A DNA stretch of 64,000 nucleotides. It comes from Haliotis rufescens (lineage: Eukaryota). A program made the position numbers and the translations under genes. Positions within the stretch are counted from its first letter, which is position 1. Each line of letters begins with the position of its first letter. Shown here in pieces: positions 1-12,704 of the stretch. A model generated the notes under the pieces. The model did no database searches and was not told the DNA's origin. It was given only the letters and a program-made list of their open reading frames with translations. The stretch lies in assembly GCF_023055435.1 (NCBI RefSeq), contig NW_025964024.1:2108001-2172000 (forward strand), written 5' to 3'.

Positions 1-317
1 ACTCATACCTACGCACATCGTTTCACGCGACAGAGGAGGGCAGCCGCCAGATGGCGATAGTCACTTATGGATCAAGCCCACGGCTTGACAGACTTGGTCA
101 AAGTGACGATGCTCTTCACATAAATAAAAATATTCTTTCGTCAGGTTGTGAACCCACAGTTTCCATGACAACGTGATTCCAACAATTTATGGATCTTCCC
201 CTCGTCCATAATCACTTGTCCTGGGCTAGTCCAGAACAAGACCTGTACTCACGTAGCATGGAACATCCTTTGACTCTGAAAAAAGGTACGATGACTGCTG
301 ATGAAAGGCTTATCATC

Positions 318-441
318 GTGAGAGTGAGTGAGTATGGTTTTTACGCCGCTTAAAGAAATATTCCAGCAATATCGCGGCGGGGGACTCCAGAAATGGGATT
401 CACACATTGTACCCATGTCGGGACTCAAACCGAGAATCGAA
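318..441 (-). mobile_element. SINE family B, 5'-truncated
   Basis: Matches the 3' part of the family B copies. Confidence 0.8.
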
Positions 442-571
442 GAGATATCCTGTATGCAAACTTTCACGTCACATAACACTCGTTACCTTAATCACACGTG
501 AACAGATGGTAAAATATTTTTACACCATATGCGAAACTATTCACATGAGTCAAAGTCTGTATGTGAACAGT

Positions 572-832
572 GATAGACTAACGCTTAGTCTCTGAAAATA
601 TATAGTTTTGATGAAACGAACAGTCCCATACAAATTGAAAAGGAGACCCATTAGGATGAGAGATTCGGAACCTGTGGAAAATCTAGACTTGCTTCATTTT
701 TGCTATAGCATTATAGTAAGGGCTGGGCGGAGGGGAATATAATATGGTTCAGGGACTGTGAGGTAGGCTAGAAAGAGGGTATTTCGCACACTAATATTCC
801 ACCATATCCTGAAGTCGTGAAGACAGTGCCGT
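572..832 (+). repeat. Dispersed repeat (TAGACT family)
   Basis: Reverse-complement homologs at 28520-28660 and 28915-29175; same-strand homolog at 33160-33340. Confidence 0.7.
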
Positions 833-1250
833 GAATCTTGGTGGCAGACCAGGGACATTCCACACAATGTCCCCCACTAAACATCCCTACCCCCGTCGTG
901 CCAGCCATAACAGTAAATCTGACAGCAGCAACAAGGCAGCCTTTCACCTCCCTGGGTTTCCGTGGATCATCCCTCATTACGTTGAAGTCGAAATAACAGT
1001 GAACATTATCTATGGAATACTGTAAGGGACATTCTCGCGATCTCGCATTCTCGCGATCTCGACCTTTGGTAACGAGCTAAATATGCCCAAAACACGAGAA
1101 TGCGAGATCCCTACCATCACGGAGCCCTTGATTCGTGGTCTTGATGAAGTTGACGCCTTAATTATGTATAACCAACAAAAAGATTCCTAAGAATTTGGTT
1201 AACAACAACGGGGAAACAAATGGGTTGTTATCCAAGGTCAAAGTAGTCTT

Positions 1251-1525
1251 GGGGCACGGGTGGGCCAGTCGTCTGAGGCGCCGCGATTCGCTGTGCAGAG
1301 TTGCGTCCCTTGGGCACGCCAGAAACCTATGGCTGTGGGTTCGAATCCCGGTTCGCCCCGATTATGTTTCTAGGTTTGTCAGCACCATACCCGTGCTCGT
1401 GGGTTTCGCCGTAAATGTCTGATACCTGCATCACTTGGGGCTTTCATCCCACATTAAGGTGACACGCCGTGATATAACTGAAATACTGTTAAAAGCGGCG
1501 TTAAACCCAACTCACTCACTCACTC
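1251..1525 (+). mobile_element. SINE family A (tRNA-Leu/Ser-like head, about 280 bp, (ACTC)n tail)
   Basis: A box TGGCCCAGTCG, B box GGTTCGAATCC; TSD caaagtagtct; about 10 copies in the window. Confidence 0.9.
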
Positions 1526-1898
1526 AAAGTAGTCTATCTCCCAGACCCTAGAGATTAAATTTTAAAAATGAATTTAACACAAGTCTAGAATCATTTGGCA
1601 AGTCTGGATTGCCTCAGCTTTAGGACATTATTAAAGCATTGGATTTCGATTAAAAAATTATTTTTCGTGATAATATATTTTTAAATAAGATAACTTTATT
1701 TCTGGGACTTAATGTTAGTCTAAGATTGAAGTTGCGCAACGTTTCGATCCTTTACTGCTCTTTTACTTATAACAGGGTTTGTAAATTGGTAAAATTGATT
1801 TTGCCTCATCTTAACGTTAATCGATAAATCAAATACTTTATGTCCGTTTACCACCCACGCAGCCGCCCATCTCACCTTTTGACTTAACTATAAAGTAT

Positions 1899-2090
1899 TC
1901 AGCAACCATGCTTGCCGTAAAAAGAGAATATGACCCGCTACTTTGGTTGATGCATGTCATCGTATCTCAACTGCGTGGATCGATGCTCATGATGTCAATC
2001 ACTCGATTGTCTGGTCCAGACTCGATTATTTACAAACCGCCGACATATAGCTGGAATATTGCTGAGTGCGGCGTTAAACAACAAACAAGA
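1899..2090 (+). mobile_element. Family C headless SINE-like element (degenerate)
   Basis: Homology to the 20800 copy; (AAAC)n tail. Confidence 0.8.
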
Positions 2091-2153
2091 CACAAAAAGT
2101 ATTCACTATAAAACACCTCGCCGGGATATAAACCCGTGACTGAGGTGGTTCTG

Positions 2154-2260
2154 GGCCCACTTGCACAAAGCGATCTTAGCGCTAAGATGATCTTAACTCC
2201 CATACTTTAGCATAGGCTTACCATAGTCTTAGCGCTAAGATCGCTTTGTGCAAGTGGGTC
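2154..2260. mobile_element. 107-bp MITE, PIF/Harbinger-like
   Basis: TIRs of about 33 bp (GGCCCACTTGCACAAAGCGATCTTAGCGCTAAGA); 3-bp TSD CTG. Confidence 0.85.
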
Positions 2261-2700
2261 CTGGTGAAGGTGTTTTGGATGGGGGTCACACCTCGCCATG
2301 ACAGCTACCCGTGACTCTGATGGTTAGGGTGAATATGTGTTAGGTGGATTGGTTTTGAGTTATTTATCAATAGTAACATCAATTTGTCTTCTTTCTTTTT
2401 CATTTTTTTTCAAATGAGATTTTCGGTATCACTAGCATTTCCATGACATTTATTCGTAGGACCAAGAGGCCTCATAATATCGTCGAAACTATGTCTTAAC
2501 TCACCTTACCATACACTTGCGATCGATGGTCGTATCACCAGAGTCTCCCTTTGTTGTTATGCTCGGGGTATAGTTTCACCTTGACCTTATTCAGCAAAGC
2601 GATCGTATCTCTCATATTTTAACATCGACCTACGACAGTCGTCCTGCTAATATAATCAACGTGGGGCGAGCTCAAGTACGATAAATGGTATATTGTTTCG

Positions 2701-2983
2701 TTGAGTTGAGTTGAGTTATGTTTAACACCGCTTTTAACAGTATTCCAGTTATATCACGGCGTATCAACTTAATGTGGGAGGAAAGCCCGAAGTGATGCAA
2801 GTCTCATACGTTTACCACTTCGGTGAAACCCACGAGCGCGGGTATGGTGCTGACAAACCTAGAAACATAATCGGGGCGAACCGGGATTCGAACCCACAAT
2901 CATAGGTTTCTGGCGTGTCCAAGGGACGCAACTCTGCACAGCGAATCGCGGCGCCTTAGATGACTGGGCCACCCGTGCCCCCC
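2701..2983 (-). mobile_element. SINE family A
   Basis: Full reverse copy; TSD tatattgtttcg. Confidence 0.9.
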
Positions 2984-3499
2984 TATATTGTTTCGAGTGA
3001 TTCACCAAATTGGAGATAAAATAATTGTTTTAAAAGTACTATAGGTGTTAATGTGCCCGGCATCTAACAGCTTTCATGCCAACACTTGCAAGTTTGGGAC
3101 AGAAAAGCAATTCAAGTACCGTACGTGTTAAGGACAATAATAATAAAGTTCATCTTTGTGTTTTTGTAATAATCTAACAAGCGCTCGATCCAGAGGTTTT
3201 TCAGGGCGGTGTAGACAGAAACAGTCCTGATATTTGGTACAAATTCCTACTTGGATCTCGTTCTTGCCCATAGTTAACTTTTCCTCAGAAGTTTAGAAAA
3301 TCGAGCGTTCTCACGATTCTCGCCACACCCCTTTCCTTCATGTTGTTGTAAGTTGAAGAAGGAAACAAGAATGTTTACTGCTGATACACATACATTTTTT
3401 TTCTAATTTATATTTACCTAAACTTTGAGTGGGCCAAAAAGTACCCTTAAATACTTTGCCTTTAAACATATTTACTCGAAGAAGGTACTTTTACCTTGA

Positions 3500-3780
3500 G
3501 GGGGCACGGGTGGCCCAGTCGTCTAAGGCGCCGCGATTCGCTGTACAGAGTCGCCTCTCTTGGGCACGCCAGAAACCTATGATTGTGGGTTCGAATCCCA
3601 GTTCGCCCCGATAGTGTTTCTAGGTTTGTCAGCACCATACCCGTGCTCGTGGGTTTCACTGAAGTGGTAAATGTCTGAGACCTGCATCACTTCGGGCTTT
3701 CCTCCCACATTAAGCTGACACGCCGTGATATAACTGGAATACTGATCAAAGCGGCGTTAATCAAAACACACTCACCAACC
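3500..3780 (+). mobile_element. SINE family A
   Basis: Full copy. Confidence 0.9.
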
Positions 3781-3850
3781 ACTTGGAAATGTGCGTCATG
3801 ATATCAAGGGCTTTTTAAAATAAATCCTCTTTAATTCACAAAGAAGACTC

Positions 3851-4025
3851 AATTTATGGATAATAACTGCTTTATTTACTGTAAGAGCGACGTTTCGGTA
3901 TAGATCCTTACGCCCTTGACAGTCTTGCTTGACAACGGTATAAGGATCTATACCGAAACGTCCCCTTTACTGTAAGTAAAGAAGTTGTTGGACATGAATT
4001 GTGTCTACTTTGTCAACCGTCACTT
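3851..4025. mobile_element. Palindromic Penelope-like relic with a minimal hammerhead core (3927-3962, +)
   Basis: Imperfect inverted repeat; TTGACAA-C-GGTATA..TATACC-GAAACGTC. Confidence 0.6.
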
Positions 4026-4026
4026 A

Positions 4027-4360
4027 GACCGCCTCCGTGGTCTAGTGGTAGAGCGTCCACCCGGAGAGCGGAAGGTCCGGAGTTCGATCCCCGGCCGCGT
4101 CATACCTAAAGACGTTAAAAGATGGTACTTGTTGTTACCCTGTCTGGCGCTCGGTATTAAGGGGCTAAAATTAAATTTAAATTAATTAAGTGGTATTCAT
4201 GTTAAACTGCAGCATGGTATCTCAGTGAGCTAGCACTATAAATCAGCATCAGTCCGGACTAATACAAGCAGTCACACAAACACACACATGTGCATGCACG
4301 ATGCTATATAAGAACAATAATCTTGGACGCGACGTTAAACCCCATTTCACCTCATCTCAT
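4027..4360 (+). mobile_element. SINE family D (tRNA head plus V-domain-like body)
   Basis: A box TGGTCTAGTGG, B box GTTCGATCC; GTCATACCTAAAGACGTTAAAAGATGGTAC resembles the V-SINE domain; TSD ccgtcactt. Confidence 0.88.
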
Positions 4361-4739
4361 CCGTCACTTCTAAGTAATACCTATCAAACAATTAAAACAT
4401 TTTAATTTAATTTCTGGAACGATGTGAGGACGTTGATTCTGCACAGTATTCGTCAGGGAGATGCAACATATCATGTTTTTTTATATGAAAACACCACACT
4501 CACTTCCACGCATACCTAAGATGACATACCTCCCAACAAGGTCAGAGGTTACAATATCATGACGTCACGTAACCATATTTGCATCCATGTGTCATCTTTG
4601 CCCAGTTTTATGTCACTGTCTTATGTTATGTAGATTTTGCTTATGATAAATTAGTATGTGTACCATATCTTTCAGAAATAAAATACTCTCAACCTCAGTG
4701 TCACATTGTTGAACACCAGGTTGGATTTATTCACTAATA

Positions 4740-5021
4740 GGGTGCACGGGTGGCCCAGTCGTCTAAGGCGCCGCGATTCGCTGTGCAGAGTTGCATCCCT
4801 TGGGCACGCCAGAAACCTATGATTGTGGGTTCGAATCCCGGTTCGCCCCGATTATGTTTCTAGGTTTGTCAGCACCATATCCGTGCTCGTGGGTTTCACC
4901 GAAGTGGTAAACGTCTGAGACCTGCATCACTTGGGGCTTTCCTGCCACTTTAAGCTGACACGCCGCGATATAACTGGAATACTGTTAAAAGAGGCGTTAA
5001 ACCCAACTCACTCACTCACTC
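4740..5021 (+). mobile_element. SINE family A
   Basis: Full copy; TSD attcactaat. Confidence 0.9.
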
Positions 5022-5102
5022 ATTCACTAATGTCAAACAGTAACATGTGCACCATAATCCCATATTTCAATCAAACTTGTAATATACCAGTACTTCTCAA
5101 AG

Positions 5103-6645
5103 GAAGTTGAAGAACACCCGATTGTTTCATATGACTACAGTTAAACTGTCATGGCAAGTTAAGAAAACCCGATTGTTTCATATGACTACAGTTAATCTGT
5201 CATGGCAAGTTACGAAAACCCGATTGTTTCATATGATTACAGTTAATCTGTCATGACAAGTTAAGATAACCCGATTGTTTCATATGACTACAGTTAAACT
5301 GTCATGGAATGTTAAGAAAACTCGATTGTTTCATATGACTACAGTTAAACTGTCATGGCAAGTTAAGAAAACCCGATTGTTTCATATGACTACAGTTAAT
5401 CTGTCATGGCAAGTTACGAAAACCCGATTGTTTCATATGATTACAGTTAATCTGTCATGACAAGTTAAGATAACCCGATTGTTTCATATGACTCTAGCTT
5501 ATCTGTGATGGCAAGTTAAGAAAACCCGATTGTTTCATATGACCACAGTTAATCTGTCATGGCAAGTTACGAAAGCGCGATTATTTCATACGACTATAGC
5601 TAATCTGTCATGACAAGTTAAGAAAACCCGATTGTTTCATATGATCACAGTTAATCTGTCATGGCAAGATACGAAAACACGATTGTTACATATGACCACA
5701 GTTAATCTGTCATGGCAAGTTAAGAAAACACGATTGTTTCATATGACCACAGTTAATCTGTCATGGCAAGTTACGAAAACCCGATTGTTTCATATGATTA
5801 CAGTTAATCTGTCATGACAAGTTAAGATAACCCGATTGTTTCATATGACTACAGTTAATCTGTCATGACAAGTTAAGATAACCCGATTGTTTCATATGAC
5901 TACAGTTAATCTGTCATGGCAAGTTAAGAAAACGCGATTGTTTCATATGACTTCAGTTAATCTGTCATGGCAAGTTACGAAAACGCGATTGTTTCATATG
6001 ACCACAGTTAATCAGTCATGGCAAGTTAAGAAAACCCGATTGTTTCATATGACTTCAGTTAATCTGTCATGGCAAGTTACGAAAACGCGATTGTTTCATG
6101 TGACTATAGTTAATCTGTCATGGAATGTTAAGAAAACCCGATTGTTTCATATGACCACAGTTAATCTGTCATGGTAAGTTACAAAAACACGATTGTTTCA
6201 TATGACCACAGTTAATCTGTCATGGCAAGTTACGAAAACGCGATTGTTTCATATGACTCTAGCTTATCTGTGATGGCAAGTTACGAAAACCCGATTGTTT
6301 CATATGACCACAGATAATCTGTCATGGCAAGTTACGAAAACGCGATTGTTTCATATGACTATAGCTTATCTGTCATGGCAAGTTAAGAACACACAATTGT
6401 TTCATTTGACTATAGCTAATCTGTCATGGCAAGTTAAGAACACCCAATTGTTTCATATGACTATAGTTAATCCGTCATGGCAAGTTAAGAAAACCCGATT
6501 GTTTCATATGACTATAGTTAATCTGTCATGGCAAGTTAAGAAACCCCGATTGTTTCATATGACTATAGCTAATCTGTCATGGCAAGTTAAGAAAACTCGA
6601 CATATTAACTATAGTCATATGAAACAATCGGTTGTTCTTTAACTT
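5103..6645 (+). repeat. 51-bp minisatellite (about 29 units) closed by one inverted unit
   Basis: Unit aagttaagaaaacccgattgtttcatatgactacagttaatctgtcatggc. Confidence 0.97.
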
Positions 6646-7529
6646 CTTTTGGGTAGTACACTTTATAACACTCAGTGACCGGAGTCACGTCTGTCCGTTT
6701 TATAAACCACTTGTTTATAACAATAAACTCTGCCAGTGACCATATATGTTCCCTGCGGCGGTGTTGGCAAAACGAAATGCCAGAACAGGGATAAATGTCC
6801 TGTCTAATTGTCCTGCATGTACACACAGTATTAACCCACATACGTATACATAAAACAACCTTCAAAGGACAAGAATATTCTAGTGTTATGCTGGCTAGTT
6901 AGCAGAGCGCCTTCTGTCAATGTTTCCTGCACATATCCGTTTGTCACGAGTTAGAAAACTATAATTGTTGTTTTGTTTTTGTTTTTTGTCATTGAAACTG
7001 TGCTACTTATAGTGTTTACACGCCACCGATTTCAGGGGGTAGTAATCAAGGTCACGTGATTTGAATGGCATCCGATAACAAGCTAACAAAGGGACCCTAG
7101 TACGAGAAGGTCACCTCTGCTTTCCCGCCATTTGTAGCTATGTGTCGTTATCGCATCATCTTGCAATGATTATGCAGTTGGATCTTGGATCGCGGTTAAT
7201 GTATGCAGGGTCATGGGTCATACCGATATAGCTGTTATACCTACATAGCACAGGGCTGCCGCGACTTGCTGGCTATATAAAAACTGTTATGTTGATGTCG
7301 GTATTAGCACAGTGTAGGAGGGGGAGGGGTGGTAGGGGCGGGGCTACTCCCATCGGATGCTTTTTTGGGTGATGGGTGGTGTTTTGGTGGAGCTCAAACA
7401 ACTGTTTTGAATCCCCGCAAATAGCCGTTCTCTGGTCTGAATTCAGCAAAACTCTCCTGGTAGGTTGGTACTACCATGGAAGATGAATTGGGATTCAACT
7501 ATTAATACATGTTTGATCTACCACAATAT

Positions 7530-10500
7530 CAGTATGTCGTTGGTCTGCCGTGGTCCAATCAGTGTCTTGTTGATCTGCTGTGGTCAAATCAATGTCTCAT
7601 CGGTCTGTTGTGGTCCAATCAGTGTCTTGTTGGTGGGTTGTGGTCCAATCAGTGTCTTGTTGATCTGTTGTGGTCAAAGCAGTGTCTTGTTGGTCTGTTG
7701 TGGTCCAATCAGTGTCTTGTTGGTCTGTTGTGGTCCAATCAGTGTCTTGTTGGTCTGTTGTGGTCCAATCAGTGTCTTGTTGATCTGTTGTGGTCAAAGC
7801 AGTGTCTTGTTGGTCTGTTGTGGTCCAATCAGTGTCTTGTTGGTCTGTTGTGGTCAAAGCAGTGTCTTGTTGGTCTGTTGTGGTCCAATCAGTTTCTCAT
7901 CGGTCTGTTGTGGTCCAATCAGTGTCTTGTTGGTGGGTTGTGGTCCAATCAGTGTCTTGTTGATCTGTTGTGGTCAAATTAGTGTCTTGTTGGTCTGTTG
8001 TGGTCCAATCAGTGTCTTGTTGGTCTGTTGTGGTCCAATCAGTGTCTTGTTGATCTGCTGTTGTCCAATCAGTGTCTTGTTGATCTGTTGTGGTCCAATT
8101 AGTGTCTTGTTGGTGGGTTGTGGTCCAATCAGTGTCTTGTTGATCTGCTGTGGTCCAATCAGTGTCTTGTTGGTGGGTTGTGGTCAAATCAGTGTCTTGT
8201 TGATCTGTTGTGTTCCAATCAGTGTCTTGTTGATCTGTTGTGGTCCAATCAGTGTCTTGTTGATCTGTTGTGATCCAATTAGTGTCTTGTTGATCTGTTG
8301 TGTTCCAATCAGTGTCTTGTTGATCTGTTGTGGTCCAATCAGGTCTGTTGTGGTCCAATCAGTGTCTTGTTGATCTGCTGTGGTCAAATCAGTGTCTCAT
8401 CGGTCTGTTGTGGTCAAATCAATGTCTTGTTGGTTTGTTGTGGTCCAATCAGTGTCTCGTCGATGGGTTGTGGTCCAATCAATGTCTTGTTGGAGGGCTG
8501 TGGTCCAATCAGTGTCTTGCTGATCTGTTGTGGTCAAATCAGTGTCTTGTTGGAGGGCTGTGGTCCAATCAGTGTCTCGTCGATGGGTTGTGGTCCAATC
8601 AATGTCTTGTTGGAGGGCTGTGGTCGAATCAGTGTCTTGCTGATCTGTTGTGGTCAAATCAGTGTCTTGTTGGAGGGCTGTGGTCCAATCAGTGTCTTGT
8701 TGGTCTGTTGTGGTCAAATCAGTGTCTTGTTGGAGGGCTGTGGTCCAATCAGTGTCTTGCTGATCTGTTGTGGTCAAATCAGTGTCTTGTTGGAGGGCTG
8801 TGGTCCAATCAGTGTCTCGTTGGAGGGTCGTGGTCACATCAGTGTCTTGGTGGTGGGTTGTGGTCCAATCAGTGTCTCGTTGGCCTGTTGTGGTCCAATC
8901 AGTGTCTTGTTGATCTGTTGTGGTCCAATCAGTGTCTTGTTGATCTGTTGTGATCCAATTAGTGTCTTGTTGATCTGTTGTGTTCCAATCAGTGTCTTGT
9001 TGATCTGTTGTGGTCCAATCAGGTCTGTTGTGGTCCAATCAGTGTCTTGTTGATCTGCTGTGGTCAAATCAGTGTCTCATCGGTCTGTTGTGGTCAAATC
9101 AATGTCTTGTTGGTTTGTTGTGTTCCAATCAGTGTCTCGTCGATGGGTTGTGGTCCAATCAATGTCTTGTTGGAGGGCTGTGGTCCAATCAGTGTCTTGC
9201 TGATCTGTTGTGGTCAAATCAGTGTCTTGTTGGAGGGCTGTGGTCCAATCAGTGTCTCGTCGATGGGTTGTGGTCCAATCAATGTCTTGTTGGAGGGCTG
9301 TGGTCGAATCAGTGTCTTGCTGATCTGTTGTGGTCAAATCAGTGTCTTGTTGGAGGGCTGTGGTCCAATCAGTGTCTTGTTGGTCTGTTGTGGTCAAATC
9401 AGTGTCTTGTTGGAGGGCTGTGGTCCAATCAGTGTCTTGCTGATCTGTTGTGGTCAAATCAGTGTCTTGTTGGAGGGCTGTGGTCCAATCAGTGTCTCGT
9501 TGGAGGGTCGTGGTCACATCAGTGTCTTGGTGGTGGGTTGTGGTCCAATCAGTGTCTCGTTGGCCTGTTGTGGTCCAATCAGTGTCTTGTTGATCTGTTG
9601 TGGTCCAATCAGTGTCTTGTTGATCTGTTGTGATCCAATTAGTGTCTTGTTGATCTGTTGTGTTCCAATCAGTGTCTTGTTGATCTGTTGTGGTCCAATC
9701 AGGTCTGTTGTGGTCCAATCAGTGTCTTGTTGATCTGCTGTGGTCAAATCAGTGTCTCATCGGTCTGTTGTGGTCAAATCAATGTCTTGTTGGTTTGTTG
9801 TGTTCCAATCAGTGTCTCGTCGATGGGTTGTGGTCCAATCAGTGTCTTGCTGATCTGTTGTGGTCAAATCAGTGTCTTGTTGGAGGGCTGTGGTCCAATC
9901 AGTGTCTCGTTGGAGGGTCGTGGTCACATCAGTGTCTTGGTGGTGGGTTGTGGTCCAATCAGTGTCTCGTTGGCCTGTTGTGGTCCAATCAGTGTCTCGT
10001 TGGTCTGTTGTGGTCCAATCAGTGTCTTGCTGGAGGGCTGTGGTCAAAGCAGTGTCTCATCGGTCTGTTGAGGTCAAATCAATGTCTTGTTGGTCTGTTG
10101 TGGTCCAATCAGTGTCTCGTTGGAGGGTCGTGGTCACATCAGTGTCTTGGTGGTGGGTTGTGGTCCAATCAGTGTCTCGTTGGTCTGTTGTGGTCCAATC
10201 AGTGTCTCGTTGGTCTGTTGTGGTCCAATCAGTGTCTTGTTGATCTGTTGTGGTCCAATCAGTGTCTCATCGGTCTGTTGTGGTCAAAGCAGTGTCTTGT
10301 TGGTCTGTTGTGGTCCAATCAGTGTCTCGTTGGTCTGTTGTGGTCCAATCAGTGTCTTGTTGATCTGTTGTGGTCCAATCAGTGTCTCATCGGTCTGTTG
10401 TGGTCAAAGCAGTGTCTTGTTGATCTGTTGTGGTCAAATTAGTGTCTCGTTGGAGGGTTGTGGTCACATCAATGTCTTGCTGGTCTGTTGTGGTCCAATC

Positions 10501-11130
10501 AGTGTCTCGTTGGAGGGTCGTGGTCACATCAATGTCTTGTTGGTGGGTTGTGGTCAGATCAGTGTCTAGTTGGTCTGCTGTGGTCAAATAAATGTCTTGT
10601 TGGTCTGTTGTGGTCAAATTAGTGTCTCGGTGGAGGGTCGTGGTCACATCAGTGTCTTGTTGGTGGGTTGTGGTCAAATCAGTGTCTTGTTGGTCTGTTG
10701 AGGTCAAATCAGTGTCTTGTTGGTGGGTTGTTGTCAAATCAGTGTCTTGTTGGAGGGTCGTGGTCACATCAGTGTCTTGTTGGTGGATTGTGGTCAAATC
10801 AGTGTCTTGTTGGTCTGTTGAGGTCAAATCAGTGTCTTGTTGGTGGATTGTGGTCAAATCAGTGTCTTGTTGGTCTGTTGAGGTCAAACCAGTGTCTTGT
10901 TGGTGGATTGTGGTCAAATCAGTGTCTTGATTGGGGGTTATGGCCAAAGCAGTGTCTTGTTGGTCTGTTGCGGTGAAATCAGTGTCTTGTTGGGGGGTTG
11001 TGGTCAAAGCAGTGTCTTGTTTGTCTGTTGTGGTAAAATCCGTGTCATGTTGGAGGGCTGTGGTCAAAGCAGTGTCTTGTTGGTCTGATGTGGTCAAAGT
11101 AGTGTCTTGCTGGTCTGTCGGGGTCAAATC
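7530..11130 (+). repeat. 30-bp minisatellite (about 120 units) with a 680-bp higher-order repeat
   Basis: Unit agtgtcttgttggtctgttgtggtccaatc; 20-nt truncated unit at 8341, 9021 and 9701. Confidence 0.98.
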
Positions 11131-11829
11131 GATGGCCTTTTGTACAAATGCTAAAAATAATATTAAAAAACCTATTTGTCATTGTTTCTATTTACCAGAC
11201 TGTTTTTAGTTTCCAGTTTTGGATAACAGTAGATTGGGATGCACGTGTTATAGCATACGTTATGCGTAGTTGTGTGTGAAAATGTGCATTTGATCAACAG
11301 CCTTATCTTGTGACTGAATTTGACGGTCACCATTACGTCGCAGTCCGGTAACTGACGCTCCATTGTCAACAGATAGTTTACCCGTTCGGAATAACGAACA
11401 CACCTTTAATCAGCTCCGCGTGAAATTGCCGCCAGGTGGCGGCGGTGTATATAAACACAGTGTTGTGAAATAAACACAGATAAACACTGGTATTTCAAGT
11501 AAACCACCGAACAGTGGGTGTAAACATTTTAGTATAAACAGAGTCTCTGACAGGTACTCGAGAGTTCGAGCACGGATTGGGTTCAAATACCCACGAGTAC
11601 CTGACTAGGGGAGATAACCCAGGCCACATCGTCAATTCACTAGCGCTGTACTCGCTCTTCAGAAATGATATAGTATATATTTGCGGTCTTAAATGATAAA
11701 TTAATTTATGAATCAGATGTCTGGGCGCATTTGGACTCCAGTGATGTCTCGGTCTCCGTGTTGAGACACTAGGGACCGTGTTTCACTCCGTCCCAGTACA
11801 AACTAATAGTATGTACAACCTTAATTGTT

Positions 11830-12260
11830 CCCTCGCAAGCGCAGCCTACCCAGGAAACCAGGCTGATAGGATATGCTGAAAGGGTCTCCCATGCGTCCAG
11901 GAAAACATTTTAGGGACACTTGTGTTCCTCAACGTCGTCAGTTTGGTAGTGAAAGTGTAATAGTATGGGGTGGCTTTACAACTCATGGGATAACACAACC
12001 CATCACCAATTTGAATGGCGAACGAGATCACGTTCTACCCTTTGTGCAAATGCAGGGACGTAACGTCACGTTGTAGCAGGAGAATGCCCGCCCACATAGT
12101 GCACGTGTTGTACCTTTTTAAGGTAGCATAAAATAGCTTTACTGACGTGGCTGGCGGTTTCTCCATACCGCTCCCCCATTGAATTTGTCTGGGATAAGAT
12201 CGAACGATGCCTACCACAGGATCAGAACCTGCCGTTTACCCTAGCTTTGAGAGAGGCACT
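11830..12260 (+). pseudogene. Tc1/mariner transposase relic (DDE region)
   Basis: FGSESVIVWGG ... RDHVLPF ... *QENARPH..RV (the QDNARPH motif); stops and deletions. Confidence 0.8.
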
Positions 12261-12704
12261 GAGGAACCTCGCGATCTATGTCACATTTTGTCCCAGAAAG
12301 TAAGTTATCTGACTTAAAAATTGTATGAACTTACGGGACAACTGAGCCTCATATAAATGGTGTAAATGTTATGTTATTAAAATAGCCAAATATTATGTGA
12401 TCATTCGTCTGATCAATGTTTTGCCATAACAAATTCAATGACGAAACCCATACCTGGTATCAGGAGACAGAGAGAGACGCCCTTAAAGAGGGGTGGTGTA
12501 ATAGCTTAATTAACAATGTCAGTTAATTGACTACCAGTTCCGTTGGTACGGGCGAGGCAGCGGTGGCAGATTGAAGACACCAGATGATTGAAAACACTTG
12601 GGGGGTGGTGTTCCAAATGTCAACCTATGATTGGCCCAACTGAGCTAGCGTTAAAGGCTGGTTCTGGTCCTGTCGTAGGCATCATTCGATCTCATCCCAG
12701 ACAT

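Noticed and set aside
5275-6642. ORFs of repeated MFHMTTVNLSWQVKKTRL
   Set aside because: Artefact of a 51-bp unit; frequent stops and no gene structure.
7530-11130. CRISPR-like array of 30-bp repeats
   Set aside because: Units are contiguous with no unique spacers, there are no cas genes, and the context is eukaryotic.
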